A stretch of DNA of 64,000 bases from the human T2T-CHM13v2.0 reference genome, Homo sapiens, in the NCBI RefSeq assembly GCF_009914755.1, contig NC_060937.1; one strand, written 5' to 3'. A model generated the notes under the pieces. That model was not told where the DNA came from. It was given only the letters and a program-made list of their open reading frames with translations, and made no database searches. Position numbers and translations under genes: made by a program. Positions 40,616-54,084 of the stretch are shown piece after piece. The stretch's first letter is position 1. Every line of letters begins with the position of its first letter.

Positions 40616-42100
40616 TGATCAAAAGGTCCTCGATGGGGTCCATGGATGCCACACGACGCTGGTCTCCATCACGCATTAGGAAAAGGAGACCACGGTGAGG
40701 TGAGGCAGACAGGAGCTGACCTGGGGGAGCACAGCGAGCTTCTGGAAATGGGCACTTGGCTCCCAGCACCCCAGGCAGGCAGCCCAGACAGTGAAGTCAG
40801 CTCGGCAAGCTCAGCCCGGAGTGCGGCTTACATGCAACTAAAACGCCCAGTGGGTTCAGTCCATCTCCATTCCAAATGCTTGAGCCAGAAAGATTAACTG
40901 TCTGAAGTCAGATTGTCACACACGAGCAGGGAGCAGGGGTTTTGGGGGGTGCAGACACTCAGGGCTATACCCTTGCCGAGGCACGCCTTCCCGGCTTCTG
41001 TGTGAAGAGGGGGCCTTCCTATAAAGCCCGCCATGGGGAGAACTAGCACAGTGGCCCCGCCAGGGAATGCCACAGCTTTAAAACTGACCAGTTAGATTCC
41101 GTCTGAAGGAGAAAGTCTCCATGTCTGATTCTGTAAACAACTTCCAGCTGTCCCTCAAAGGAGATCCATAAGTTTGAATGATCACAGCGGGAACCTTGGA
41201 GCCTGTAGGTACATGGGATTCGGCTCAGTAAACATCTGCTGAGCACCCACTTTATGCCAACCTGGTTTAGCAACAGGAAACATGGAAGCAACTCCAAGTT
41301 CTTGTCCTCAAGGAGCCGGCAGTCTCACATAAGGACAGGTGTGTAAGCAGACAAATGACAAGATGCGACAGTGCGGGCATCTCAGAGATGTGGGTGGAGC
41401 CCCGGCTGCCACAGCTGCAGGCGAGTCACTGCATGGGGTGACTGTGGACACCTTCCCTGCAAGAACCCAGACCAAGAGGGGCAAAAAAGTCAAGGCTGAG
41501 TTGGCCGCGTAGAACAGGGCTACCCAAGAAAGCAGTCCGTTTCTCAATTGTGTGAAAGAAACCAGAGGCAGGCAGGCCATGCCCGCATGAGGGCTCCTCC
41601 CATTACGGTGCCTCCTCTCTCTGGGAGTGGCCTCCTGTGGTCAAGAAGGCTGCCTAAGCTCCAGCCTCATGACCACATTCCCCGCAGCTGGAAGGATGAA
41701 GATGGAGAGAAGAGCATGAGACTAGAGATCCACTAGAGAAATTCCTTCACACAGTGTCTAGTTACCGCTCATTGCGAGTCATGTGGCAATACCTAGAGGT
41801 GAAACAGATTAGAAAACCAGGCTTTCACTGGGGCTCGTTGCTGCCCCAAATCAATGCAGGGTTCTGCTACAGAAAGAGGAAGGAGGACAGCGAATGGGGT
41901 AGGAAACAGCCCCCTCGACTGCAGATCCGCGAGGGCCAGGGGTCCCAGGCTTCTCCCTGACACCCTGAACTTCATCCACAAGGAAGGCAAGGAAAAGACA
42001 AAGAGGGGAGGGGCCTGGGAAGGCACGGGGACAGGACGGGGAGCAGGAGAGGAGGGGACATTCCTCGAAGTCCACGCATCTTGTCTGCTTCAGAGGGAAT

Positions 42101-42370
42101 GAGTGCTGTGCAAGGAACTGTGCGAGCCACAGACACAAGCCACACAGAACTGCAAATGTTCTGGGAGTCGCATTTTTACAAAGTGAAAATAAATAGGAGA
42201 AATTTGTTTTACTATTTTATTTAACCCAATATATCTAAAACATTGCCATTTCAATAAGTAATCAGTAGAAAAAACGCATTAATAAGATATTTACTTTTAC
42301 ACCCACGGCACATCTCTACCTGGAGCGGCCGTGGCCACGTGGTGAGCACCGGCTTCACTGGGCCACGCAG
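42101..42370 (+). mobile_element. MER33 (hAT-Charlie MITE), diverged
   Basis: Core ttttatttaacccaatatatctaaaacattgccatttcaa; ends resemble MER33 termini. Confidence 0.75.
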
Positions 42371-42775
42371 CCTGAAGCCACCGGAAAACCCCTGTCTGGG
42401 GCACCCAGGAGCAGGCACCAAGACAGTCAGGAGGGCGTTTTTAAGACAGAGTTCCCCAAACCACACCCATAAGTACACAACTGTGCCACCTACACATTAA
42501 TACCACTCTGGTTATAGGGACATTGTATGCAGAAAATAAATTTGGGAATGAAAACACAGGTGGCCTTGGTCGGGCAGGGCCGGCCAGCAGCTGGTCCTCA
42601 GCAGCCTGTGCCTGCGCCAGGCCAGCCCTCCCAGGTAAGGGCCACAGCAGGGCCCCGAGGCTGTGCAGAGAGTGCTCCCTTTCCTGTCCCTTATGGTCAA
42701 CACGGGCTCTTCAGCCGCTGGCCGGCAGGTGCGGGTTTGAACAGTCCATGCAACCATTCTTGCTGAAGTCCGGCT

Positions 42776-42950
42776 GCATGGCTTCAAAGCTCCAGAGGGA
42801 TGACGGCACCACATCCCTTTCAGAGGCACCTTTCGGAAATGCAGACTCTCCAACTCCACCCAGACCTGCTGGGCCGGAAGCTCTGGGCGGGGCCGGGGCA
42901 CCTGAGTTTCATAAGCCTCCCCAGGTCCTGGGCCTGACTCAGGCTTCAAA
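42776..42950 (+). mobile_element. MER5A-like hAT MITE
   Basis: gaaatgcagactctc...cccagacctgctgggccggaagctctgggcggggcc...aagcctccccaggt. Confidence 0.55.
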
Positions 42951-43214
42951 GGATGGTCTTCGGCTTTGGTGTTTACTTTTTATTTTTCAGCAGTGACACG
43001 TGATGGATGCTGCTCTTCTCAACTTCCTGCTGTCTTCCTGCCGACCCTCGACTCTCTCCACTCGAGGAGCTTCCGGGATGGATGCGAAGGAAAGAGGGGC
43101 TCCCCAGGGACACCTCCAAGCCAGCTCTAATACATATTAGACAACGCATTATTAGAAATGCTGCCTTTGGGACTTATTCATGAATGATGTGCAGCCTCCC
43201 CCAAAAGCATCTCT

Positions 43215-46190
43215 ACAACAGTGCTTTTGCCAGCACATCCAAGAATGGATCTTCCAAAAGAGTAACCTCTGAACTTCCTGAAACAAGAACTACGTTTTGA
43301 AATTCGGAACGTGAATCCCAATGAGCATGCACACGTATTTAAAAGTTGTGTACAAGAACTGTTACTATGTTATACACATCACATAACAAAAAGACATTTT
43401 TGAAGGATGAGATAAGAATTATATAAAAGAAAAGTTTCTGTGTAATTTTGGAATCGTCAATCATTTCCTGCTCTCACTAAAATATGGTATAAATAATAAT
43501 GATTTTAGAGAGTTCCATGCTTTGATTTGCTTAATTATTTCTGAAACATTTGATTTCCTTTTTTTTACTATTTTAACTTTTAAGTATTAAAAGTCAATAT
43601 TCAGGGGTACATGTGCAGGTTAATGTCCAAGGGTACATGTCAGGTTTGATATATAAGTAAACTCATGACTCAGGGGTTTGGTGTACAGATTATTTTGTCA
43701 TCCACATACTAAGCATACTACCCAATAGCTGTTTTTTGTTTGTTTTCGTTCTGCTCCTCTCCTTCCTCCACCGTCAAGTAGGCCCCAGAGCCTTTTGTTC
43801 CCCTCTTTCTGTTCATGTGTTCTTATCATTTAGCTCCCACTTATAAGTGAGAACATGCAGTATTTGGTTTTCTGTTCCTGTGTTAGTTTGCTAAGGATAA
43901 TGCCCTCCAGTTCCACCCATGTTCCTGCAAAGGACATGATCTCACTCCTTTTTATGGCTGCATAGTATTTCATGGTTTATATGTACCACATTTTCTTTAT
44001 CCAGTCTCTCATTGATGGGTATTTAAGTTGATTGCATGTCTTTGCTATTGTGAGTAGTACTACAATGCACATACGTGTGCATGTGTCTTTATGTTAGAGC
44101 GATTTATATTCCTTTGGGTATACACCCAGTAATGGGATTGCTGGGTCGAATGGTAGTTCTTTTTTTAGTTCTTTGAGGAATCACCACACTGCATTCCACA
44201 ATGGCCAAACTAATTTACACTCTCACCAACAATGTATAAGTGTCCCCTTTTCTCCACACCCACGCCAGCATGCATGCTATTTTTTTGCCTTTTTAATAAT
44301 AGCCATTCTGACTGGTATGAGATGGCATCTCATTGTGGTTTTGATTTGCATTTCTCTGATGATTTTTCATATGCTTGTTGACCAAGTATATGTCTTCTTT
44401 TGAAAAGTGTCTGTTCATGTCCTTTGCCCACTTTTTAATGGAGTTATTTGGTTTTTGCTTGTACTTTAGTTTAAGTCCCTTGTATAATTTAGATATTAGA
44501 TGTTTATCAGATGTATAGTTTGTAAATATGTTCTCCCATTCCATAGGTTTTCTGCTTACTCTGTTGGTAGTTTCTTTTCACTTTAGTTTAATTAGGTCCC
44601 ATTTGTTTACTTTTGCTTTTGTGCAATTGCTTTTGGCTTTTTTGTTATGAAATCCTTGCCAGTTTCTATGTCCAAAATGGTATATCCTAGGTTATCTTCA
44701 GGGTTTTTATAGTTTTAGGTTTTACATTTAGGTCTTTAATCCATCTTGAGTTGATTTTTGTATATGGTGTAATGAAGGGGTCCAACTTTGATCTTCTGCA
44801 TATGGTTAGCCAGTTCTCCCAACACCATATATTGAAGAGGGATTCCTTTCCTCCTTGCTTGTTTTTGCTGACTTTTTCAAAGATCAGATTGTTGCTGGTG
44901 TGTGGTTTTCTTTCTGGGCTCTCTATTCTGTTCCATTGGTCTACGTGTCTGTTTTTGTGCCAGTTCCATGCTGTTTTGGTTACTGTAACCTTGTAGTATA
45001 GTTTGAAGTCAGGTAATGTGGTTCCTCCAGCTTGATTCTTTTTGCTTAGGATTGCCTTGGCTGTTTAGGCTCTTTTTTGGCTCCAATATGAACTTTAGGA
45101 TAGATTTTCTAGTTCTGTGAGGAATGTCATTGGTAGTTTGATGGGAATAGCACTGACTCTGTACATTGCTTTGAGCAGTATGGCCACTTCAATGATATTG
45201 ATTCTTCCTATCCAAGAGCATGGGATGTTTTTTCATTTGTTTGTATCCTCTCCGATTTCTTGGAGCAGTGTTTCGTAGTTCTTCTTGTAGGGATCTTTCA
45301 CCTCCCTGGTTAGCTAAAGTCTTCCTAGGTATTTTATTCTTTCTGTGGCAATTGTGAATGGGATTATGCCCCTGATTTGGTTCTTGGCTTGGATGCTGTT
45401 AGGAAACCCTTGGCTTAACACTTTGCAGTGCAACTATCTGAAGTGACATTTAAGTTTAATTAATTTTGATACTCAGTTTTAATGACTATGACATCTGAAA
45501 AATGATTCTTCAAAATGATTCCTCACAAGGATACATTCATCACAGTGGAGAAGCACATCATTGCTATACTTCTAAACAGTGCTGTGTATTATTCAATCCC
45601 AGTGACCAACTCTGCCCAGGATTTTGTTAAAATTTGGGCTGTACGTTTCTATACTCCATGATGACAATCAGCTGTTCGTCCAGGCTAATTAGGATGTATT
45701 GAATTTCAATAATATTAACAAATAGGGCCAATCAACTGGAATCCCTTTCTTGGTATATTTTTAAACAAGTTTGAAAACTATTTTTTCAAGTTTCTTAAGG
45801 ATTTAAATCAAACTTAAAAAAAGGTGACACATCACTCTTAGCCACAAAACCACATAATAAAACCACATTTTTGAACATTCATTTCAAAAATGTTTTCTCC
45901 ACAGATGCATTTCTTTTGAAAGGTAGCTGCTTCATTCATTGTCAAAACATTATTAGCGAGGTTCTACCTTGAAGGGGTTGAGCATTTTAATATTTTTGAA
46001 AATATTTGATCAGTAGCATACTATGGATAGCCATTTATCATCACAGGGAATACTGGCAAATTTGGAGCCTTTGTTCTTTTGTAAAATGAAATGTGTAACT
46101 GTTGGCAACTCTTTACAGTGCTTGGCCATGAGCTGACCTTCAAAACTCTGTGCTTCACAGAGGAGAGTCAGGACACCGTCCCATCTCCTC
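43215..46190 (-). mobile_element. hAT-Charlie transposase fossil (C-terminal part), split by an L1 insertion
   Basis: Minus-strand motifs in Charlie/ZBED5-type order: CDDKWLSIVCY (46013-46045), LWRKHF (45887-45904), EQLI (45666-45677), YPCEESF (45513-45533), QSVKPR (~45410-45430), then SEIIKQI beyond the L1 (~43525-43545). Stops and frameshifts throughout. Confidence 0.7.
43558..45400 (-). mobile_element. 5'-truncated L1PA/L1PB, antisense
   Basis: T-rich tail at the left end; ORF 44293-44544 (WENIFTNYTSDKHLISKLYK...[14 protein letters not shown]) is the L1 ORF2p C-terminus. Confidence 0.93.
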
Positions 46191-46741
46191 ACGAGATCCT
46201 CTGAGGATCCTGCCAGCTGAAAGAAGACACTGATGCTCTGTTCCCACTCAGGTTGCAGATGGCACAGGAAATGTGGCTCCCTCCATAAAGCGAGAAAAAC
46301 TTAGATAATCTAAAAATTGTCATCTTTTAAAAGCTCATCGGAGACCTGAAACTGGACAGAAGCCCAGTGAGCTGAATCCACGGATCAGCAGCCTCCCAAG
46401 AAGTGCCCACAGCTGCCATCAGCCACGGACCAGCCATGGGGGAGGTGGAAGCTTCCAGGGACACAAAGAAGAAGACAACAGATAAGCTTCTGACAAATGT
46501 GTAAAGGCTGAATGTGGGGTGGCATTAGCGTTAGAGTGCCTGTGAGTCTGGACGCAGGAGAACCCACCCCCACCTCCAGGGATTTTTCATGGTCCTTCTC
46601 CAGGTGCCCTTAAGAAGGATGGGGTATATGGCGGAAGGCTGAGAGATGCCCTCCAAAACATGGGGATGAAAGGCCTACTGAGGAGCAAGGGTGCAGCAGA
46701 AGGGGGACGAGCCCTTCATACACCCCATGCCTTCTTCTGAG

Positions 46742-46914
46742 GCCTGCAGAGAGACAGGGAAGCAGAGGGCCCCACCTCTCAGGCGCAGGCGCATGAAGCC
46801 TGCAGAGAGTCAGGGAAGCAGTGGACCTCACCTCTCGGGGGCAGGCGCATGAAGCCTGCAGAGAGACAGGGAAGCAGAGGGCCCCACCTCTCGGGCGCAG
46901 GCACACGAAGCCTG
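46742..46914. repeat. 56-bp tandem repeat, 3 copies
   Basis: gcctgcagagag(a/t)cagggaagcag...cacctctc...gcaggc.ca.gaa at 46742, 46798 and 46854. Confidence 0.92.
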
Positions 46915-49332
46915 CTGCAGTCTAAGGGCAGGGACCAAGGCCGAGCGAAGCCCCAGAGGCACCCCAGGGCTTGCACTGAGTACAAAGCAGGGGGCGTTTA
47001 CCACAGGGAGGGGGAGGGGGTGGAGGGTTCCCCCAGGTGCAGATGTCAGGAGCCAGACGACACCCAAGGAAAGGCAGGGGAGCTAAGATGGAGCCCACAG
47101 GCACCTGAGCCCAAGAAAAGGAGAGTTCTGATTTGGCCTTCAAATCACATGAAGTCTGTGGTGAACAGAATCTTACTAAATTAACAGTAAAGCCCAAACC
47201 CAGCTCAGCTACAGAATAGGCTGACCAAACCCACTGCAGTACAGACTGGCAAGAAGAGGCCGCAGCCTGGGTGTGGGCGGCATACGCATGCCAACAAACA
47301 GGCTTCCAGCAGTCAACCAAACACGACAGGACACATCAGAAAACAGGAAAATGCCACCCACCATCAAGAGAGGAAACAGCCAACAGAACCAAACCTAGAA
47401 ATCACTCAGATACTGGAATTTCAGACAAAAACCTTAAAACAACAATGCTAAATATGTTACAAAATCAAGGGGAAAAAAGGTGACAGCAGACACATGCAAA
47501 TACTAGAAGTGAAAACGCTGTATCAGGTCAGAGCTCTCTTTACGGGTGCCTCTGCAGACTGTGGATAGCACGGGAAAGAATCAGTGACCTTGAAGACATG
47601 AATAGAAATTACCCAAGCTGATGAAAAGGGACAAACAGAGTGAGGGAGGGAAAAAAACAGAGCATTGGAGGCCTGTGGGTGAAGAATAATAGCAAGTGTA
47701 CATGTTACTGGAGTTCCAGAAGGAGAGGAGAAAGAGAATGGGGCATAGAACTCTCTGAAAAAATAATGGGCAAGGACATTGAAAAAATAAGAGAACCACA
47801 AATGCAAGAAGCTTGGCAACTCCAAGTAGGAAACTACAAAGAAAGCACTCCAAGGCACATCATGGTCAGATTGCCGAAGGCAACCCAGAAAGCGCAAGTC
47901 TTGAAAACAGCCAGAGGCAAAAAGACATGGCACACACAGCGAGACAAGATGAGAACACCACCAACTTCCCATCAGAAACAAAGGAGGCCAGAAGATGAGA
48001 AAACATCATCTTTAATGTGACGAAAGCATCAACCTAGATTTCCAGATCTAGTAAAAATATTCTTTAGAACAAAGACATCCTCAGATAGGTGAAGGCTGAA
48101 TGACTTTATCTCCAGAATAGCATTATCCAAAATGCTAAGAGAAGTCCTTTAGTCTGATGAGAAATTATACCTGATAGACATGATAAACACTAACAAAATT
48201 TTGTATCATGTTAAATACAAAATACCTTAAAAATATTTGTACGTATATGTATATGTATATATATGTTCTCTATTTCTCTGCATTTACATTTTCTCCCAAA
48301 CATATATACGTGTGTTGAATAGGCTATTGATTGTTTAAAGTAAAAATAATTAAAAAGTAATTTGCTGTTTACAATATCTGTAGAAATAAAGACAAAATGT
48401 ACAAAGGGATTATGCTATTGAAAAATTGCTTACACTATTTATGAAGTAGTAGATTTTTTTTAAGATGGAGGTTGACAAAGATGTACATTTTAATATCTGG
48501 AGCAAGCACTAAAAAAAAAGGATGATGCAAAAACACCAGATCAATGGAGGAAATAAGATTCAATACCAACCAAAATTACAGAATTCACCTTGGCAGGGGA
48601 AAAGGCACAGATCAAGAAAGGGCAGAAGAGATGATTTATATGTAGAAAATGTGGAGAAATATGGTAGAATCAAACCCAAATATATTGATATTGTATGTAA
48701 GTAGACTAAATACACAAGTTTAAAGGTAGATATTATAAAACTAATAAAAATGAAAGACCAACTATATATTGTTTATAGAAAACACAGTTTAATCCTAAGG
48801 ACACAAAGAAGTTAAAAGTAAAATGTTGGAAAAAGATATACCCTGTATACACTAAGTGAAAGAAAGCTGCCGTAGCTTTATTAATACTAAAGCAGACCTT
48901 AAATGCAATGGTTTAAGAGAAAGGGAGGGGCAGCTTCTAATGATAAAAGGGTCGATTCATCAAGAAGACATAAGAATCTTAAATGTGTGCATCCCATAAG
49001 AAAGCTCTCTAACACTTGAAGCAAAAACCGTCCCAGGTCTTGGGTGCCATTCTCCACTCACAGGACCCAGGGCTCTTTGGAGAGAAATGGTGGATCCCAG
49101 GGCAGGGGCAGGGAAGGCACCAGAGAAGCCTGGAATATTGTGTTTCGTCAGAAGTTAGGCAGGACTCAAGCAGCCACAGCATCATGGGGAGAGGGCATGG
49201 AAGCCAGCTGGAGGGGCTCCTGCGGGCCAAATATGGGAGAATTTCAGCATGAAAAAAAACTAGTGAAGGTAACAGATTATATCCCATTGAATAAAATGGA
49301 AAACCATGAATCTACCCTGATAAAAATAATTA

Positions 49333-49681
<349 letters not shown>

Positions 49682-51849
49682 TCATAATCCACCCCCCAAA
49701 GGCTGTTAGTTTCAAAGAGGGAAAGACTGAGCTCACAGTGGACACATCTGGCAGGCGCCTCACTGGGTAGTTGTAGTTGAGCTCAGGCACCACCCAACAG
49801 CAGGGCACAGGAAGGACACCACATGACTTCGGCAATTTTGCTGCCACAGGTGCATAATTTGAATGTCACGGTGAAGAGACATTGGACAAATCCAAACTGA
49901 GGGAAAAGTTACAACATAACTGTCTATCTTCTTCAAAAGTTTCAGGGCCAGAAAAGCCAAGGCAAGACCGCTAACCTCCAGACTGAGCGAGAACCAGGCG
50001 CCTGCCGACTCGTGGGGGTGTGATCTGGACTGAGCCACTCGCCATCTAATTGCAGTCTAAGACCTTGCTGGGGACAGAGGGCAGAAGCAGAGTGAGGTCT
50101 GGCTGTCAGGGAAGCAGTCGATCCGTGTTCAACTCCGGGTTCTGCTGGCTGTGACGTGGTTACGTAGGAGAACATCGTTGTTTGTAGGAAAAACAAACTG
50201 AAAAACATGGGGGTGATGGGGTGACAGGTCTGCAACTTATCACTAAATCCTTCAAGAAAAAGTTATTTTACTGTACTTGCCACTTTTCTGTAAGTTTGAG
50301 ATTGTTTCAAAGTGAGGAAGCTTTTAAAAATTAAACTGGCAAGCCATAAATAGGGAGGAAGTATTTGCAATTCATATCTGACAGAAGGCTTGCAGCCGGA
50401 ATCTACAACGATCACCTACGATCCAATGAAGACGAAAAACAGCCCAATAACAGAGGGCGACACACTTGAGAGGCACTTCACGAAGCAGACAAGCAAACGG
50501 CCAGCAAGCCCAGGAAAGGCGTTTGGAGCCACAGCCACCAGGTGGGCGTGGGGGACGCGAGACACCGCCTCACGTCCCTGAAATGGCCAGAATGAAAAAG
50601 GCTGGTAACTCCAAATGTTGGTAAGGACGTGCAGCCGCCAGAACCCACGAGCGGCTGGTGAGAATGCAGAAAGGTGTGAGCTCTTTCCACACCCACTTGC
50701 CAGTGGCTTATAAAGTTAAATATAACGCTTAGCACACAATCCAGAAATTCCACTTCAAGCATTTATCCAAGAGATGTTCAAACATGTGCACACACAACTT
50801 GCACACAAACGTTCATGGCATGTTTATTAATAACACATTAAAAAATAGCCAGAGGCTGGAAACAGCCTTGGTGTCTGGCGAGAGGAGTGGATAAGCTGTA
50901 GTACCTTCACACATGGGATGCACCTCACCCGCCCACAAGAACCCGCGAGCGGAGACACGGGGCACCAGGAGGACTCTGAAGAGCAGAGCGCCAGGCACGG
51001 AGGGCACGTGTGGCAGGCGGGAAGTTCAGGGATAGGCAGAGCTCACCTGTGCTGCTAGACACCAGCTCCACTGTGGCTCTGGCCGGGGGACAAAGGGAGC
51101 TTCCTGGGGCTCAGGGAAGTGGGTGGCGGGGAGCCTGCATCTGTCAGAGCAGCCGAATCGCGCATTTCTCATACCTCAGTTTTCACAAGCGTAAATGTCA
51201 GAGCAGGCTGGCACACAGGCATGCACACAGGCACAGACAGTGCCCCATCCATGTGCACACACATGTGAACATGCACACACACACCGAAGGAAGCCTGGTG
51301 AGTCAGGCACAGAGAAAGGGCCACACTGAAGTGTGCAGAAAGCACGGTGGAGTGAGGCCCTGCTAACTCGGAGGCCAGGGGACCCCACCCTCCCTGGGGA
51401 CCCTTCCTGGCATGTGCGCCTCTTGTCCCTCTGACACACGGGCTGCACCAGAGATCACTGGGCTGAAGACAGGCAGCCCTGAGTCTCCCCGTCCGGAATC
51501 TCTGGACTGCACCTTGTGGGTGCTGAGGCACCCAGAGGCCTCCTGGCCCCCCTAAAGCACGGGCTTTGACATTAGGCACTTTCTCTTAGGGGCCACATCA
51601 GGACCCAAGGTGAAATGGCTCCAAGGACAACATTGCACCACTGTTCAGAGCTGCTTCCACCCGGGTGTCCAACTCAACTCAGCCCTTAGACACCGAGGCG
51701 TGGGATGCAGACTTCACCCCAGGAACACCGGACACCCCACTTGGTCCCAGAAGCGGCGCCTCCTCCCAGCTTCTCCATGCACAGCCCCACGTGGAAGCGG
51801 GAGCTCCTCTCCCCAGGACCCCAGCGACAGGGTGCATGGGAAGCGCTTT

Positions 51850-52700
51850 TTCTCTCCAGCCTGCGGGTGGGGCGGCCCACACCAGGAGGGCGCAGAAACT
51901 GAAACAGGCGCCCGCTTGGCCTAGAGGCCTCCAGGGTGCCCAGGCCTCCTCCCCCAGGACACCAGCCCAGCGCCACCCACACGCCGCGGGTGGATGGGAC
52001 TCCGGACACGCGGTCTACATCCCCCATCCCGGGCTCCCCGGGGTCTCTCGGTGTGGGGGGAGCCGGCCCCCCTGTGCCAGAGGAATGCGGCCTGAGGCTC
52101 TGTCGGAAACAATGATCTCAGTTCCAGGCAAGCTGCTGCGCGACATCCCCTCGCTGCATTCTTATTAAAACCTTAAGCCCAGCGTAAAGGCAGAGAAATA
52201 AAAATTTATTTCTCTTCTTTATGAGACACCTGGCAACACGTCCACAGAACAATATCCATAATCACTTAGCCAAATTTCCATCCCATTTTACTCAATTTTC
52301 TAGATAGCAGAGGTATATTTTTGGAGCGCAGAGATCTTTGTGCAATTTTCACTTCCCTTCCTCTTCCCCTTCCCGCACATCCTCCCCCAGGAGCCCCAGG
52401 TGGGGATTGGGTTCGCGCCAACCTCGCTTCCGGAACAGGGTTCATGCTTAGGCAACCCAACTCCTCTCGGGCGCTGGCTGGGGAGGGGCCGAGACCTCCA
52501 GCAGAGGAGGAAGGGGCGCTGGAAGCTGCCAGGCCCTACGTGGGCCACCTCGGTGGGGTCCAGACAGCTCCGTGCAGGACACCATGCCGGCAAGAGGAGC
52601 TGGACCGCAGCCCTCCCCTGTTCGCGGCTGGGCGCCCCAAGCAGGTCGCAGCCCCACCTGGGTGGCCTCTCTGGCTGGACCGGGAGAGGAGCTTTGGTGC
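51850..52700. promoter_or_regulatory. CpG-enriched GC-rich patch, candidate regulatory element
   Basis: Many CpGs outside recognisable repeats; ATTGG, TTCGCGCC and CTTCCGG clustered at 52406-52435. Confidence 0.3.
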
Positions 52701-53960
52701 CTGGTGTCTTACACTGCATCTGAAGGAGGGTGACTCAGGTCCGCTTCACCTCCTGAACCTTGGTCTCCTCAGATGAAAAAAGAACGATATCTTAAAAACG
52801 CTGTAGGGTGGCTGTCAGAGCTAGAGGTAACCCGCAGGAAGTGCCTGGTGCGTATTAGGTGTTGATAACGATTTTGGAAATTGTCCCCTACTGCAGAGAG
52901 GCCACAATAACCAAACGCACCTCAGAGGTAATGACACCTCTGTATTCTTGGGAAACCCCTACAGGCAGGAGATCTCCATTCCAGGTGAGGCTGTTGACCC
53001 CTCGGGACCCCCAGACAGTTGACACTGTGGGTGCCTTCAGGATGTGCAGGTGTCTGGCCGTTGATCCAACAAATGCTCAGATCCCACACCGGCGTCTGTG
53101 CCAGACTCCACAGAGAGCAGGGGACATGGCTAGGGGCGAGGGTCTAAGTCAGGACGCCGGGCTCCTTGCAAATCTCCAATTTAATGCACCTGGTGACTTG
53201 TGAACAGGCTCTCCAAGGATTCAAATGTGTCCTTAAAGATCCCAAAACTGTGCAACACAGGGGACAATTAGGGAAGAGCTTGTGGTGTTTTTCAACACAG
53301 GGGAGGTGAAAGGCTGAAAACGCGCAGGGATGAAAGCACGTGGCTGGTTCTTCGGCGCAGCTCGGGGGACACCACATGGCCCGAGGCACACCCGCCACTC
53401 TCAGGCGTGGTGGCTCAGGGCTCCCGCCAGTGACACTCCCCCAACACCTGCAGTAAAGCCCTCTAAAGCAGCTGCTTTCACTCCTAGCTTTTCTGAACCT
53501 ATATATTAGTTCTCTAATTTTTATTTGGCTTACAAAAGCAATTCATCATAAACAATAAAATTTTTAAAGTACAAAGAAGAAAACAAAAATCCTGACTAAT
53601 TCTATAATCAGAGAGAACTCTCGCTATTTTGGGGCATATTTTCTAGTCTTTCTATCTTGATTGGTCAATTCAAAGGTAAATATACTTACATATAATAAAA
53701 TTCATATATTTTGTATGTAACTTTACATATATAAAGTTTATATACTTTTAAGAGTCCCTCTTTACTGAAAGAGGTATGTAGCACACTTCCTGTATGAGGT
53801 CTGTTTATTTAGCCATTTTATATTGCCCCCATCACACTGCATATCACTATAGAGAAGGTCCCTGAGGTCGGATTTTTGACCTCACCACAATGCAAAGGGA
53901 TGAGCAGGCAGTAGGAGCTGTCCTCTCACAATATTGGGCAGCCCCCAGGCAGCCATGCAT

Positions 53961-54084
53961 TTTTTCTGTGGTGATGAGGTCTCACTGTGTTGTCCAGGCT
54001 GGTCTCAAACTCTTGGACTCAAGCCGTCCTCCCACTTCAGCCTCCCAAAGTGCTGAGATTACAGGCGTGAGCCACTGTGTCTGA
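53961..54084 (-). mobile_element. Alu left-arm monomer (FLAM/AluJ-like)
   Basis: gaggtctcactgtgttgtccaggctggtctcaaactc...gagccactgtg. Confidence 0.85.
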
